Shown: positions 8,799 through 18,265, numbered from the stretch's first letter. The stretch: DNA of 51,044 nucleotides from an uncultured Candidatus Poseidoniales archaeon (GCA_964431435.1 CAYSJV010000001.1:1-51044), one strand, 5' to 3'. Made by a program: numbers and translations. Notes: generated by a model not told the origin, from the sequence alone.

Positions 8799-10834
8799 TC
8801 TTCTTCACCCCCATAATCCATCAAAGTGGATTGAACATTAATCCCATTTTGTTCGTCCGAAGTTTGTGTGACTTCTTCATTTTCCTCATGCAATTCAGCT
8901 AATCTACGCATTTCTTCTAGCAGCTCTTCATCTAATTTATTGGCACCAATTATTTCTCCTGCCCCTCTATAAAATACTTCAGTTTCAGTCCATCCACCCT
9001 TTTCAATTCCAGTTAACTGATAGCTTAACACGGTTTTTTGGCCCGGATCTAAAGTTTCTAATTTCCATCCCCATAACCCCATTACTGACTTTCTACCACC
9101 CCTTTCGTTTCCTTCCATAATTGCACCATGTTTTTCTGGCCAAGTGGCAAGAATTGTATATGATCTAGGTCTTGCTGTATAATTAAATAATTCAATATTT
9201 ACTTGGACACATTTATTTGCAGTATCCCACACTGTATCCTCATTACAAATTACAGCATTCATTATTTTTGTAATTGGTGCAGATAAATCAGGTATTGGTT
9301 TATCTAGTAATGTAGCAGATTTCTCGGCAATCTCGGGCAATATTTTGTTAATCAATTCAAATTTATCCCTTACTTTTGCCATTTTCTTTTTCTTTTGCAT
9401 ATGCCTTCTCAGACCTCTACCCACTTCTAGGAGAGCTTTGCGAGCTTCAATGAAAACATTTTCATTATCAGATAATGCTTCTTTCGCTTCACTAGTAAAT
9501 TGTACATTGGTACTTGCTAAGTGTAATAGTATTGCTGCAGGACCCTTCGGAACTCCCTTTCCACCAGATTGCTCTAATCCATATTGTCTCCAATCTACAG
9601 ATTCCAGAGCTTTTGTGAGTAAGCAACCCCCTTGCTGATACATTAGTGGAACCCTATTGGCAAATCTCAATACTTGAACTTGCTGATCACCACTCATATT
9701 ACCTCCATATATTAGACCAACTTCAATTTGGAATGGATTGCCTTGGGATACTTCGGGAGGCCGCGTCAAAGTAGCAACAAACTTCGAATCAATTGTTTTG
9801 GAAAGTCCTTTTTTTATCAGCAAATCCTCAATAGGAGAAAGGCAATTTGTTGGTGGGGGTAATAACTTAACTTTGCTAAAACCTTCTAGTAATGATCTAA
9901 CTTTTTCTGTTTTCAATAATTTAGGTTTTGCATTTTCTTCTATTTCAGAAGCATCACAAATTTCTTTTGCAGCCCTCATTGAAACCCCACAGAAGTTTTG
10001 TCTCAAAAACGAGGTAATCCTTCTTTCTTCTGAATCTTTTAACATTCGTTGTAATTGTCCAAGGTGGATACCAAGTGGGTGTGGTTTAATCGAAATTACA
10101 GGTTTTGGTAGAGAATCAGTAACTCTTGGCCAATGTGTTTTTTCACCATCTGGATCGATAAATATGATATCAGCATGCGGATTTACAATAGATGTCATTT
10201 TCAGATACTGGTATACTGATTGTCTACCTCTTTGATATTTAGCTTTCATTCTTGAGGTAATTTCTAAACCATGCTCTATGATTTCTCCATTTTCATCAGT
10301 CCAAATTATTCTATCTTGATTTGACTTGATTGCCTTATTCTTTCGAGTATCTATTCCAATATCAACTTGAATTGCTGTAGGCTCTGTTTTTATTTTTGAC
10401 TTAACACTTGTAGTTTTTCCAGTTGTGAGTTGTGAATACATTACAACCCCTGTAATACCAATTCCTTGTTGTCCACGCGTTTGTCTTATTGCATGAAATC
10501 TACTTCCAAATAATAATTTTCCAAATACGTTTTCAATTGATTTTTGGGGAACGCCTGGTCCATTATCTGTACAAATTAATTCAATTTCATCTTTAGTATT
10601 ACTTTTTTTGATTTGGATTTTAAGATTAGGTAAAATACGTGCTTCTTCACAAGCATCTAGAGAATTATCAACTGCTTCTTTTACTGCGGTTATCACTGCT
10701 CTAGGCAGAGAATCAAAACCAAGAAAGTGTTTATTCTTCTCAAAAAATTCTGAAATAGCGATTTGTTTCTGTTTCGAAGCCATCTCTTTTGCGATTCCCA
10801 TTTTTTCATCTCCAAGAATCAGGTCCTCCTTCAC
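8795..10834 (-). CDS. top6B: DNA topoisomerase VI subunit B (GHKL ATPase)
   Basis: Bergerat-fold motifs AVKEAVDNSLDACEE, TDNGPGVP and RGQQGIGITG, then a transducer region and a long acidic C-terminal tail. The GTG at 10834 is the ORF limit. The ATG at 10801 (MGIAKEMASKQ...) is preceded by GGAGA and is a plausible true start. Confidence 0.95.
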   Translation of the reverse strand: MKEDLILGDEKMGIAKEMASKQKQIAISEFFEKNKHFLGFDSLPRAVITAVKEAVDNSLDACEEARILPNLKIQIKKSNTKDEIELICTDNGPGVPQKSIENVFGKLLFGSRFHAIRQTRGQQGIGITGVVMYSQLTTGKTTSVKSKIKTEPTAIQVDIGIDTRKNKAIKSNQDRIIWTDENGEIIEHGLEITSRMKAKYQRGRQSVYQYLKMTSIVNPHADIIFIDPDGEKTHWPRVTDSLPKPVISIKPHPLGIHLGQLQRMLKDSEERRITSFLRQNFCGVSMRAAKEICDASEIEENAKPKLLKTEKVRSLLEGFSKVKLLPPPTNCLSPIEDLLIKKGLSKTIDSKFVATLTRPPEVSQGNPFQIEVGLIYGGNMSGDQQVQVLRFANRVPLMYQQGGCLLTKALESVDWRQYGLEQSGGKGVPKGPAAILLHLASTNVQFTSEAKEALSDNENVFIEARKALLEVGRGLRRHMQKKKKMAKVRDKFELINKILPEIAEKSATLLDKPIPDLSAPITKIMNAVICNEDTVWDTANKCVQVNIELFNYTARPRSYTILATWPEKHGAIMEGNERGGRKSVMGLWGWKLETLDPGQKTVLSYQLTGIEKGGWTETEVFYRGAGEIIGANKLDEELLEEMRRLAELHEENEEVTQTSDEQNGINVQSTLMDYGGEEE

Positions 10835-10923
10835 CCTAATGGCGTTGGGCCTGCATCCGTGTTGTTCCCTGTTTTGAAGTGGGACTTTGAAGTTTACACT
10901 CCTAAACCAGAAATAATGCCCAA

Positions 10924-12918
10924 TTAGGAATTATCGAATAAGGACGGACTGTAAGCAACAATTTTTCCAAAAAAAGCACTTGCTGCTACAGTTAATGGGC
11001 TTGCTAAATACAATTTCCCGGGACCCGAACGTCCTTGGAAATTACGATTTATAGCCGAAACGGTAACTTGCTCAGATAATTCAGAAACTCCAGGACCTGC
11101 TCCAATGCAGGCACCACAACCAGGATCAATTAACTTGACACCCACACTTTCGAATAATTCGGTCCAGCCTCTTTCTTCTGATATATCCTTGACTACTTTC
11201 GAACCAAACTGTATGTAGAATTCGACACCATCCTTTACACTCATTCCTGCATCTTTTGCCATTTTACATACTTCAGCATAATAAGCAAAATCATCTTCTT
11301 TACCTGCAGTACAGGAACCTCCATATGCGATATCAATGGCAACCTCATCAATTTCATCGATGCATATGCCATTGGTTGGGTCTGAGGGAATTCCTTTGTC
11401 AGGATTTCCAGGGTGAGCAACCATTGGTTTTATTTTGTTTAATTCAATAACATGAACTCCACCATCATATGTTGCTTGTGAATCAGGGGTAACAGTCATG
11501 TGTACCAGGTCTTCTTGAGAAAAGTGTTCCCTTCTTTCTGAAATCCATTTTGTTGTAATTTCATCAGCTTCACATATCCCGGTTTTAGCACTACATTCTG
11601 TCGCCATGTTGCATAAAGTGGCTCTTTCATCCATTGACAGCTGTTTTAATCCAGAACCTCCAAATTCAATTGATCTATCTAATGTCAACTCCTTTCTGGC
11701 ATATTCGAGTAGGATATACAACATGATGTCTTTTGCTGTACATCCACTGTTTAATTCACCAACTAATTCAAATCGTATTGATTCTGGAACATTCACAAAA
11801 GTAAATCCCGAATAGATTAAACTTGCATATTCTGTAGAACCAACACCATATGATAAAGAATTATTTCCACCACCCATACAAGTATGACTATCTGTTGCTT
11901 GAATGAAATCCCCTGGTTCAATAAACTCTTCTCTAGCAACTTGATGACAAATTCCCGGAGAAATTCCATTTACGGCTGAATAATCCTTGACTCCAGTATG
12001 TTTTTGGAAAACTATTTGCAAATCCCTCAATGTTTCAATTTTATCAACAAAGGGAGCAAATTTATTCACTCCTGGTGCATATAACAAATGGTCTTCAAAC
12101 ACTGCAAATTTGTCTGGATTTTGAATCGTATAATCTTCACCATACTCTTCACTAAGAAATGTATGGACTTGAGGAGTAGTAAATTCGTGACTATATCCCC
12201 CTTGTACACCCGCAATTACTGAATCTCCCGGCTTAACATATAGGGAATCCCCCATACCAACCAAATTTTTGGCAATTATCTTTTCACACATTGTCATGGG
12301 ACGATTTGGTGTAGATAATTCAGGTAAAGTCAGTTGTTCATTCTTCAGCATTTTTGCAAAATTGAATAACCCACCCGACTCAATGATTTTCTTTGTAACT
12401 GGATCAAAACGTTTTGTAAATTCTTCTAAAGGAATAGTCTCTCCATTTTGTAACCTTTCAAGAATTGCATAATCTCCCATTAGTTGACCTTGATTTATAT
12501 TGTTTCGTTCATGTATTGGGGCAAAAGATTCCGCAATTACGATATTTATTCCCGCCCATTTTTCACATTGTACAGCAGTTTCTCGAGAAGAGCCAGTCCC
12601 TTTCCTCTGTCCTGAAACAATTACTTCAAAATCACTATTTTTTAATGCATTTTCTCTGAATACCCTCAACCCATTATGCATCAAACCAGCATAGGCATTT
12701 TTTGCAATTTCACCCGGGTCATAATCAAAACAGACCCATGCAGGAGTCATTACATCTGTGTTTATATCATCCAGTAAATCTTCAACATTGATATCACTCA
12801 TTTTAAGATTCAATCCTTCGTATAATTGCTTCCTAATTAGTCCTAAATCTTTAGTTAGAAAAAGTACTCTGCTATTGGGATTCAAACCAATTTTTTTTGG
12901 TGGCCAACCCTCTCGCAT
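10924..12918 (-). CDS. Aconitase-family 4Fe-4S hydro-lyase with the swivel (small-subunit) domain N-terminal to the catalytic domains
   Basis: N-terminal LeuD/swivel-like motifs INTDVMTP and GTGSSRETAV. Catalytic part: ATDSHTCMGG, cluster Cys motifs GGSCTAGK and DPGCGACIGAGPG, and INRNFQGRSG. Substrate (aconitate, isopropylmalate or homoaconitate) cannot be assigned by eye. Confidence 0.85.
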   Translation of the reverse strand: MREGWPPKKIGLNPNSRVLFLTKDLGLIRKQLYEGLNLKMSDINVEDLLDDINTDVMTPAWVCFDYDPGEIAKNAYAGLMHNGLRVFRENALKNSDFEVIVSGQRKGTGSSRETAVQCEKWAGINIVIAESFAPIHERNNINQGQLMGDYAILERLQNGETIPLEEFTKRFDPVTKKIIESGGLFNFAKMLKNEQLTLPELSTPNRPMTMCEKIIAKNLVGMGDSLYVKPGDSVIAGVQGGYSHEFTTPQVHTFLSEEYGEDYTIQNPDKFAVFEDHLLYAPGVNKFAPFVDKIETLRDLQIVFQKHTGVKDYSAVNGISPGICHQVAREEFIEPGDFIQATDSHTCMGGGNNSLSYGVGSTEYASLIYSGFTFVNVPESIRFELVGELNSGCTAKDIMLYILLEYARKELTLDRSIEFGGSGLKQLSMDERATLCNMATECSAKTGICEADEITTKWISERREHFSQEDLVHMTVTPDSQATYDGGVHVIELNKIKPMVAHPGNPDKGIPSDPTNGICIDEIDEVAIDIAYGGSCTAGKEDDFAYYAEVCKMAKDAGMSVKDGVEFYIQFGSKVVKDISEERGWTELFESVGVKLIDPGCGACIGAGPGVSELSEQVTVSAINRNFQGRSGPGKLYLASPLTVAASAFFGKIVAYSPSLFDNS

Positions 12919-13052
12919 AACCTTTCACTATTACCCTCCAAAACGTGGGCCTATTTGAGCAGTTCTTATGATGGGGCGAAATATTCAACGTACTGGTTAT
13001 TTCAATCTCACCTCATATTTATTTAATGAATAATTAGCATATTTCATGCATT

Positions 13053-13067
13053 GAAAAGGTTTAAATA
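13053..13067 (+). promoter_or_regulatory. BRE/TATA-like element upstream of tfb (GAAAAGG TTTAAATA)
   Basis: Close match to the archaeal BRE+TATA consensus. It ends only 9 nt before the GTG at 13077. If it is functional, the transcript would start near 13088-13092 and translation would begin at a downstream in-frame TTG (13128) or GTG (13161). Confidence 0.35.
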
Positions 13068-13076
13068 AGATGTTCG

Positions 13077-14060
13077 GTGGCGATTATAGAGTTACTTGAG
13101 ACAAATGATGTCTCTAGGGGTGATATTTTGGCAGATGAAGAACAACAAGTAGAAGATATAGTGAGATGCCCAGAATGTGCTAGTAGGTCTCTAACGCGTG
13201 ATGAAAATCGCGGAGAGGTTATTTGCGATGATTGTGGGTTGGTATTAGAAGATAATGTTATTGACCAGGGAGCAGAATGGCGTGTATTTAGTCCCGAACA
13301 AGGTGACCAAAGAGCAAGAACTGGTGCACCAATGACTGTGATGCTACATGATAAAGGACTTTCCACAGACATCGATTGGCAAAACAAAGATTATTCTGGA
13401 AAAACAATCAATAGTAGATATAGATCTCAATTTTACAGAATGAGAAAATGGCAAAAGAGAAGTAGAGTCAGCAATGCTACAGAACGTAATTTAGCTATGG
13501 CTTTAGCAGAACTTGATAGAATGGCAAGTCGTTTAGAATTACCAAAATCAGTGAGGGAAGCTGCTGCTGTAAATTACAAAAAAGCAGTTGAAAAGCGTCT
13601 GATAAGAGGGCGTTCAATTGAGGGGGTTGCTGCAGCGAGCTTATACGCAGCATGTAGACAATGTGGCGTGCCTAGAACTTTGGATGAAATTGGTCATGCA
13701 AGTAGAACTGGAAGAAAAGAGATTGGTAGAACATATAGATTCATGGTTAGAGAATTAAAGATGAAGATAATGCCAACTGGACCAGAGGATTATATCTCTC
13801 GGTTTTGCTCAGGTTTAGGTTTAGATGCAGAAGTTGAAGCAAAAGCACACGAATTGATTAAAGCAGCACAGCAAAAGGAATTGACAAGCGGTCGAGGACC
13901 TACAGGAATTGCCGCGTCAATCATTTACATAGCAAGTGTTTTGTGTGGAAAACGCCGTACTCAAAGAGAAGTTGCAGAGGTTGCGGGAGTAACTGAAGTT
14001 ACAATCAGAAATAGATACAAGGAACTCATACAAAACTTGAATATTGAGCTTGATATCTGA
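13077..14060 (+). CDS. tfb: Transcription initiation factor IIB (TFB)
   Basis: Zn-ribbon [41 protein letters not shown]. Two cyclin-fold repeats: [29 protein letters not shown] and [30 protein letters not shown]. The exact start is uncertain (see promoter feature). Confidence 0.95.
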   Translation: MAIIELLETNDVSRGDILADEEQQVEDIVRCPECASRSLTRDENRGEVICDDCGLVLEDNVIDQGAEWRVFSPEQGDQRARTGAPMTVMLHDKGLSTDIDWQNKDYSGKTINSRYRSQFYRMRKWQKRSRVSNATERNLAMALAELDRMASRLELPKSVREAAAVNYKKAVEKRLIRGRSIEGVAAASLYAACRQCGVPRTLDEIGHASRTGRKEIGRTYRFMVRELKMKIMPTGPEDYISRFCSGLGLDAEVEAKAHELIKAAQQKELTSGRGPTGIAASIIYIASVLCGKRRTQREVAEVAGVTEVTIRNRYKELIQNLNIELDI

Positions 14061-14086
14061 TTTCTACATTCAGGGGAGCCATCTTT

Positions 14087-15463
14087 ATGAGGGCGAAGCG
14101 TAGGGTAACTGACAGAATCCGAAGTTTAACTCGAATTAGATTAGAGGAAATAATTGCTATTTCAGTGAGCAACTGGCCTTTGCCTGAACCTCCTTTGCAA
14201 TCACCAGAGTTACCCCCTATTCATCCATCTGATCCAAAGGATATTCAAAATTTAGCTCTGACACTTTATGATATTGATAACGGGTTATTCATTCGATTAC
14301 TTGAATCTACTTTGGAAGAAATACTTCCATATCGTCGAAGTTTAATGCAAGAGGATTATGAAGAGCATGAAAAGTGGTTAATCAAGAGAGAAAATGAAGT
14401 GGCAGAGAAGATATTGTATGGAATGTGCCAAGATTGGCTTTCTCAATCGTTAGACGAATCCGCACCAGATTCAGATAGGTGGTGGTTATCAATCGTACTG
14501 TTCAATGGATTATCAGATAAACCTTCAAAAATAGCCATTAATCAAGGATATCATTTAATTGAAAGTATCGCCATTGCTTCAAAGCCAGGGAGATGGCATT
14601 CTAAACCAGAAGGAGGTTCACATATGGTTGATTGGAATCCAGATGTGGCTTTTGCACGCATGGAATTAGTATCTCATCCACTAGGAAATGAGGCAGCAAA
14701 ATGGCAATTACAATGTTTAGAAACGGGTAGTGAGGAAAGGAAAAAGTTGTTGGCAGAATGGATATTGATATTATTGGAAAGACCTCAATTGGTTGAGTCG
14801 CTAGATTTGCTTGGGCATTTAGAACGATTAATTCAAACAAATAATGAAGAAATTTTGGTTGTTGTATCTCAATGTATACCTAAAATCATTGAATTATTCC
14901 CAGAAAAAGGATTGGATATTTTATCAGAGCTTTCTATTAATTCTTCAAATAAAGTGCGTTTTTCTGTTGCAGATATATTGCCACGTTCAATAAAATCATC
15001 AATGGGTAAGGAGTTGAAAGTTCTCGATCGATTATTGTCTGATGATGATTCATCAATAGTTTCTGCGGCAAGTGCTGCACTTTCTGAGATAAGGAGTTTT
15101 GATGAACAAGGATATATTGAGAGGCTAATTAAATTATCCAAGAGCTCAGAAAGTAGTATCAAAAGGGCAATAATCCCCCATTTACGATATTATGTTTCAA
15201 CATATTCTCAAGATCAATACGATCTAATAAAAGATATTTGGATTGATGGAGATGAACTTATTCTAACCAGAATGAGAGAGTTATTATTGCGCTTGGAAGG
15301 CGCAGAACCTACAAATTTCTCTTTTTTGTACAAAATAGTAGAATCGGCTAGTGACAAAAACACCCATATTTTTTGGAAGATAATGGATGAGCGAAATAAT
15401 GAGCGTTCACAAGCATGGAGACAATATTTTTCTGGAGATGGGCCATTACCCCTCCATGAATAA
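14087..15463 (+). CDS. Hypothetical helical-repeat (HEAT/ARM-like) protein
   Basis: The C-terminal half has HEAT-like units (SSNKVRFSVADILPRSI, DDDSSIVSAASAALSEI, SSESSIKRAIIPHLRYY). It starts 27 nt after the tfb stop and is preceded by GGGGAG. No family recognised. Confidence 0.5.
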   Translation: MRAKRRVTDRIRSLTRIRLEEIIAISVSNWPLPEPPLQSPELPPIHPSDPKDIQNLALTLYDIDNGLFIRLLESTLEEILPYRRSLMQEDYEEHEKWLIKRENEVAEKILYGMCQDWLSQSLDESAPDSDRWWLSIVLFNGLSDKPSKIAINQGYHLIESIAIASKPGRWHSKPEGGSHMVDWNPDVAFARMELVSHPLGNEAAKWQLQCLETGSEERKKLLAEWILILLERPQLVESLDLLGHLERLIQTNNEEILVVVSQCIPKIIELFPEKGLDILSELSINSSNKVRFSVADILPRSIKSSMGKELKVLDRLLSDDDSSIVSAASAALSEIRSFDEQGYIERLIKLSKSSESSIKRAIIPHLRYYVSTYSQDQYDLIKDIWIDGDELILTRMRELLLRLEGAEPTNFSFLYKIVESASDKNTHIFWKIMDERNNERSQAWRQYFSGDGPLPLHE

Positions 15464-15467
15464 ATGA

Positions 15468-16379
15468 TTAATTTATTTCATGATTTTCATCTTCTAGTCT
15501 TTTCAACAACCACTCATTCAACTCGATTCCAATGTCATCTCTTCTCAATGCATGATCTAGTTGCGCCTTTATCCAAGAAAGTGGATTTCCAGAGTCATAC
15601 CATTGAAATTCATTTAGTGGAACAGCCAATAATCCGCCTTTTTCTTCCATACAATGTTTTTGTATGACAATTGATTGCAATTCTCCAAATTCTTCAAATG
15701 TATATGTATTCATAAGATCAATCATTTCTGAAGTGAAAATATATCTTCCACATAATACTAGATTACTCGGGGCCTCCGCTATACTTGGTTTTTCAATAAT
15801 ATCTACAATTTTATCTCCATTTAGTTTCACAACTCCATATTTTGATAGAGATTTTTCTCGGACACTTTTTACCCCAACAACAGGCCTTCCATACTGTTTG
15901 TATTTGGATACTAATTCCAATGATGCGGTGGAACCAAATTCAGAATTCATTTTACTAGGAACTTTGTGATCTTTTATTAATAAATTATCACCTAGAAGTA
16001 CGAGAAAAGCACCCTCAATATCTTTTGTAGCACATCCAATCGCATCCATTAATCCTCTTGGAACTTCTTGATAGTGTGTGATGATTTCTATATCATCTGG
16101 GATTGGAGAAATTGCATCCATTGGTAAATTCTTTACTTGTTTTTGTAATTCTTTGATTAAATTCGATGATGGTTTTAATATATTGACAAAATTTTTCTTT
16201 TGTGGAGAAATAACAAGATGTATTCTTTTACAACCCGATTTAAGAGATTCCCATATCAAATGAAACAGTCCAGGGACATCCACTAGTGGTAGCACTTCTT
16301 TGCCTAGTGAAGCACTTGCGGGGAGCATCCTTGTACCCAATCCGGCAGCAACAATCACGGCATCTTGTATTTCGGCCAT
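15468..16379 (-). CDS. galU: UTP--glucose-1-phosphate uridylyltransferase-like sugar-1-phosphate nucleotidyltransferase
   Basis: The N-terminal AVIVAAGLGTRMLPASASLGKEVLPLVD matches the GalU GxGTRxLPxxK..PKE.LP.VD signature. VLLGDNL is also present. Length (~300 aa) is typical. Confidence 0.8.
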   Translation of the reverse strand: MAEIQDAVIVAAGLGTRMLPASASLGKEVLPLVDVPGLFHLIWESLKSGCKRIHLVISPQKKNFVNILKPSSNLIKELQKQVKNLPMDAISPIPDDIEIITHYQEVPRGLMDAIGCATKDIEGAFLVLLGDNLLIKDHKVPSKMNSEFGSTASLELVSKYKQYGRPVVGVKSVREKSLSKYGVVKLNGDKIVDIIEKPSIAEAPSNLVLCGRYIFTSEMIDLMNTYTFEEFGELQSIVIQKHCMEEKGGLLAVPLNEFQWYDSGNPLSWIKAQLDHALRRDDIGIELNEWLLKRLEDENHEIN

Positions 16380-16420
16380 ACAGGACGGAACGCGAGGATG
16401 AATTCAAGCCCTCCTATTGA

Positions 16421-16885
16421 ATGGGCAACGTGATGGGCGATTTACCTAGTGAAAAACCGCAATGGAATTATTTTCTAATTTTAGGTTTAGTTTTGATGTT
16501 TCAATCATTCATAAAATGGGAGACTGGTATCGATTTAAATGGTAAAGATTTGTTGTCTGGCCCGTGGGATTCAATCTCATTCTCTAGAGGTGTTTTGGGG
16601 TTATTTGGTGGGTTATTGGTATATCTTGCTTGGTTTAGATGGAAATTTGAAGTTAAGGGTGTAGTGCCTACCTTAGAAAGGTGGAATAATCCAAAAGTTG
16701 GTTTAAGGAAATTGTTGATATTAGGTATTGTAATAATTATTCTTGGAAATGTAATTGGAAATTATTTTTCTAATATTTCTCCAGGGCCAGCAGGGTTGTT
16801 ATTGACTTTGATAGGGTTACTGATGTGTTTACAATCAGGGTATATTTGGCTCATAACTGAAGGTCCACTTGGCGAAGAAGAATGA
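16421..16885 (+). CDS. Small hypothetical membrane protein (4 hydrophobic helices), C-terminus GEEE
   Basis: Hydrophobic segments YFLILGLVLMF, VLGLFGGLLVYLAWF, LLILGIVIIILGNVIG and GLLLTLIGLLMCL. No family recognised. Confidence 0.5.
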   Translation: MGNVMGDLPSEKPQWNYFLILGLVLMFQSFIKWETGIDLNGKDLLSGPWDSISFSRGVLGLFGGLLVYLAWFRWKFEVKGVVPTLERWNNPKVGLRKLLILGIVIIILGNVIGNYFSNISPGPAGLLLTLIGLLMCLQSGYIWLITEGPLGEEE

Positions 16886-16888
16886 TTT

Positions 16889-17434
16889 CTATCTTAAACC
16901 AGGTTTCCAGAAATCAATTGGCACAGGAGATTTTTCTTGAGCTGCTCTAATGGCCAAATGATCTGCACGTTCATTCCACCGATGTCCTTTATGTGCACGA
17001 ATATGTTTCCAACTCAATTTTCGAAGTAAACCAACTTCATTCCACAATTTTTGTGAGAAATTAGCAATGGTTTTATTTGATTTCACCTTCCAATTTCCTT
17101 CTACTATATTTCCGGCATAGTTGGAATCAGTTCTTATGATAGTATCTCTTTCTCCTCCTTCAATCAATAACCATTTCAAGCAATGAACAAATGCTGATAA
17201 TTCTGCAGTATTGTTAGATCCAACTTCAGCACCAACAAATTCAGAGTCTTTATTATTTGTAATAACCTTTCCAAATGACTCTTTGATTATATGTCCGGTA
17301 CCTTTGCCTAATCCCGAATCACCTTCAATAACCACAAAACTCCACCCGGCAGGAGTTTCAGCGGTGACATTCTGATTACCCAAACAAGAACCATCTACAT
17401 AGATATGCAGTGGATTTTTTGGTAAATCTACCAC
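16889..17434 (-). CDS. rnhA: Ribonuclease HI (type 1 RNase H)
   Basis: HIYVDGSCLGN, NNTAELSAFVHCLKW, IIRTDSNY and HIRAHKGHRWNERADHLA together give the RNase H1 D-E-D-D pattern. Confidence 0.85.
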   Translation of the reverse strand: MVDLPKNPLHIYVDGSCLGNQNVTAETPAGWSFVVIEGDSGLGKGTGHIIKESFGKVITNNKDSEFVGAEVGSNNTAELSAFVHCLKWLLIEGGERDTIIRTDSNYAGNIVEGNWKVKSNKTIANFSQKLWNEVGLLRKLSWKHIRAHKGHRWNERADHLAIRAAQEKSPVPIDFWKPGLR

Positions 17435-17444
17435 TCAATCACCA

Positions 17445-17828
17445 TTATTCTATTAATTTTTTATAATCATCTGATGACATCAAATTGGAAAAGTCTTCGT
17501 GAGATGTTAATTTCATTTTGATTATCCATCCCTCTTCATATGGTGAATTATTCATTAATTCAGGAGAAGAATCTAATTCATCATTAATACCAATGATTGT
17601 ACCAGATAATGGTGCAAATATTGAACTTGCACTCTTAACTGATTCAACAATAGCAAACTCTTCATTGTGCTCAATTTTTTGCCCTATTTCTGGCAATTCA
17701 ATATATACAATATCAGTCAACGCATTTTGTGCATAATCAGTAATACCAATCGTTACAACACCTTCGTTTTCTTCTTTCAGCCATTCATGTTCTTTTGTAT
17801 AGTACAAATTATCTGGAACTTCACCCAT
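17445..17828 (-). CDS. gcvH: Glycine cleavage system H protein (lipoyl carrier)
   Basis: YYTKEHEWLK, VTIGITDYAQNALTDIVYIELPEIG and the lipoyl-lysine motif VESVKSAS. The ORF is open to a TTG at 17867, but the ATG at 17828 is preceded by GGGGA and matches the canonical N-terminus. Confidence 0.9.
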   Translation of the reverse strand: MGEVPDNLYYTKEHEWLKEENEGVVTIGITDYAQNALTDIVYIELPEIGQKIEHNEEFAIVESVKSASSIFAPLSGTIIGINDELDSSPELMNNSPYEEGWIIKMKLTSHEDFSNLMSSDDYKKLIE

Positions 17829-17881
17829 ACTTTCCCCAAACACTGCTATAGTAGGGAGGTGGGTCAAGGTTTCGGTTCAGA

Positions 17882-18265
17882 TTATTCTTCTTCACCGACT
17901 TTTTTTGATAGTACTTTTTCTTCTAAAGTAGCCCATGCTAAATTGATATCTTTATCTCTATTCATATCTTCTTCAATTATTTTTAAATTATCTTCTAACT
18001 CTTGATCATTTTGATTTGGAAATATTTTTGAAATTATTGGCAATTTTATACCCGCAATTAAAGTTAAACCAATAATTGTTGAAACAAATCCTAAAATTGG
18101 AATTAATAACCCGATTGAGGATGTTTCTATACAATCACCGTTACTTAAATTGTTACAATCATTTGGAGGAATAAGGCCAAATTGCATAGACAAGCCAGTT
18201 AATGCAATAAGTCCCAAACCTAAACCAATCAATATTCTACCTGAGTCATTAGAAGGGTTTCCCAT
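17882..18265 (-). CDS. Small hypothetical membrane protein (2-3 TM plus a charged helical tail), C-terminus GEEE
   Basis: Hydrophobic RILIGLGLGLIALTGL and IGLLIPILGFVSTIIGLTLIAGI, then an acidic helical tail. Lies 9 nt downstream of the NTPase gene. Confidence 0.5.
   Translation of the reverse strand: MGNPSNDSGRILIGLGLGLIALTGLSMQFGLIPPNDCNNLSNGDCIETSSIGLLIPILGFVSTIIGLTLIAGIKLPIISKIFPNQNDQELEDNLKIIEEDMNRDKDINLAWATLEEKVLSKKVGEEE

Noticed and set aside
9738-10235. 165-aa plus-strand ORF (and the 97-aa ORF at 9345-9638)
   Set aside because: Both are antisense to top6B, which carries clear GHKL motifs. These are shadow ORFs.
10873-10893. Direct repeat TTTGAAGT x2 (13-nt period) upstream of top6B
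   Set aside because: An 8-mer recurring within 20 nt is expected by chance several times in 51 kb, and nothing else supports it.
13061-13387. 108-aa minus-strand ORF
   Set aside because: It is antisense to the TFB zinc-ribbon region.
16881-16949. ATGA start/stop cassette at the end of the 154-aa gene, opening a 22-codon ORF (MISILNQVSRNQLAQEIFLELL)
   Set aside because: The ORF is short, antisense to the rnhA 3' end and has no ribosome-binding context beyond the shared cassette. It is very unlikely to be a gene.
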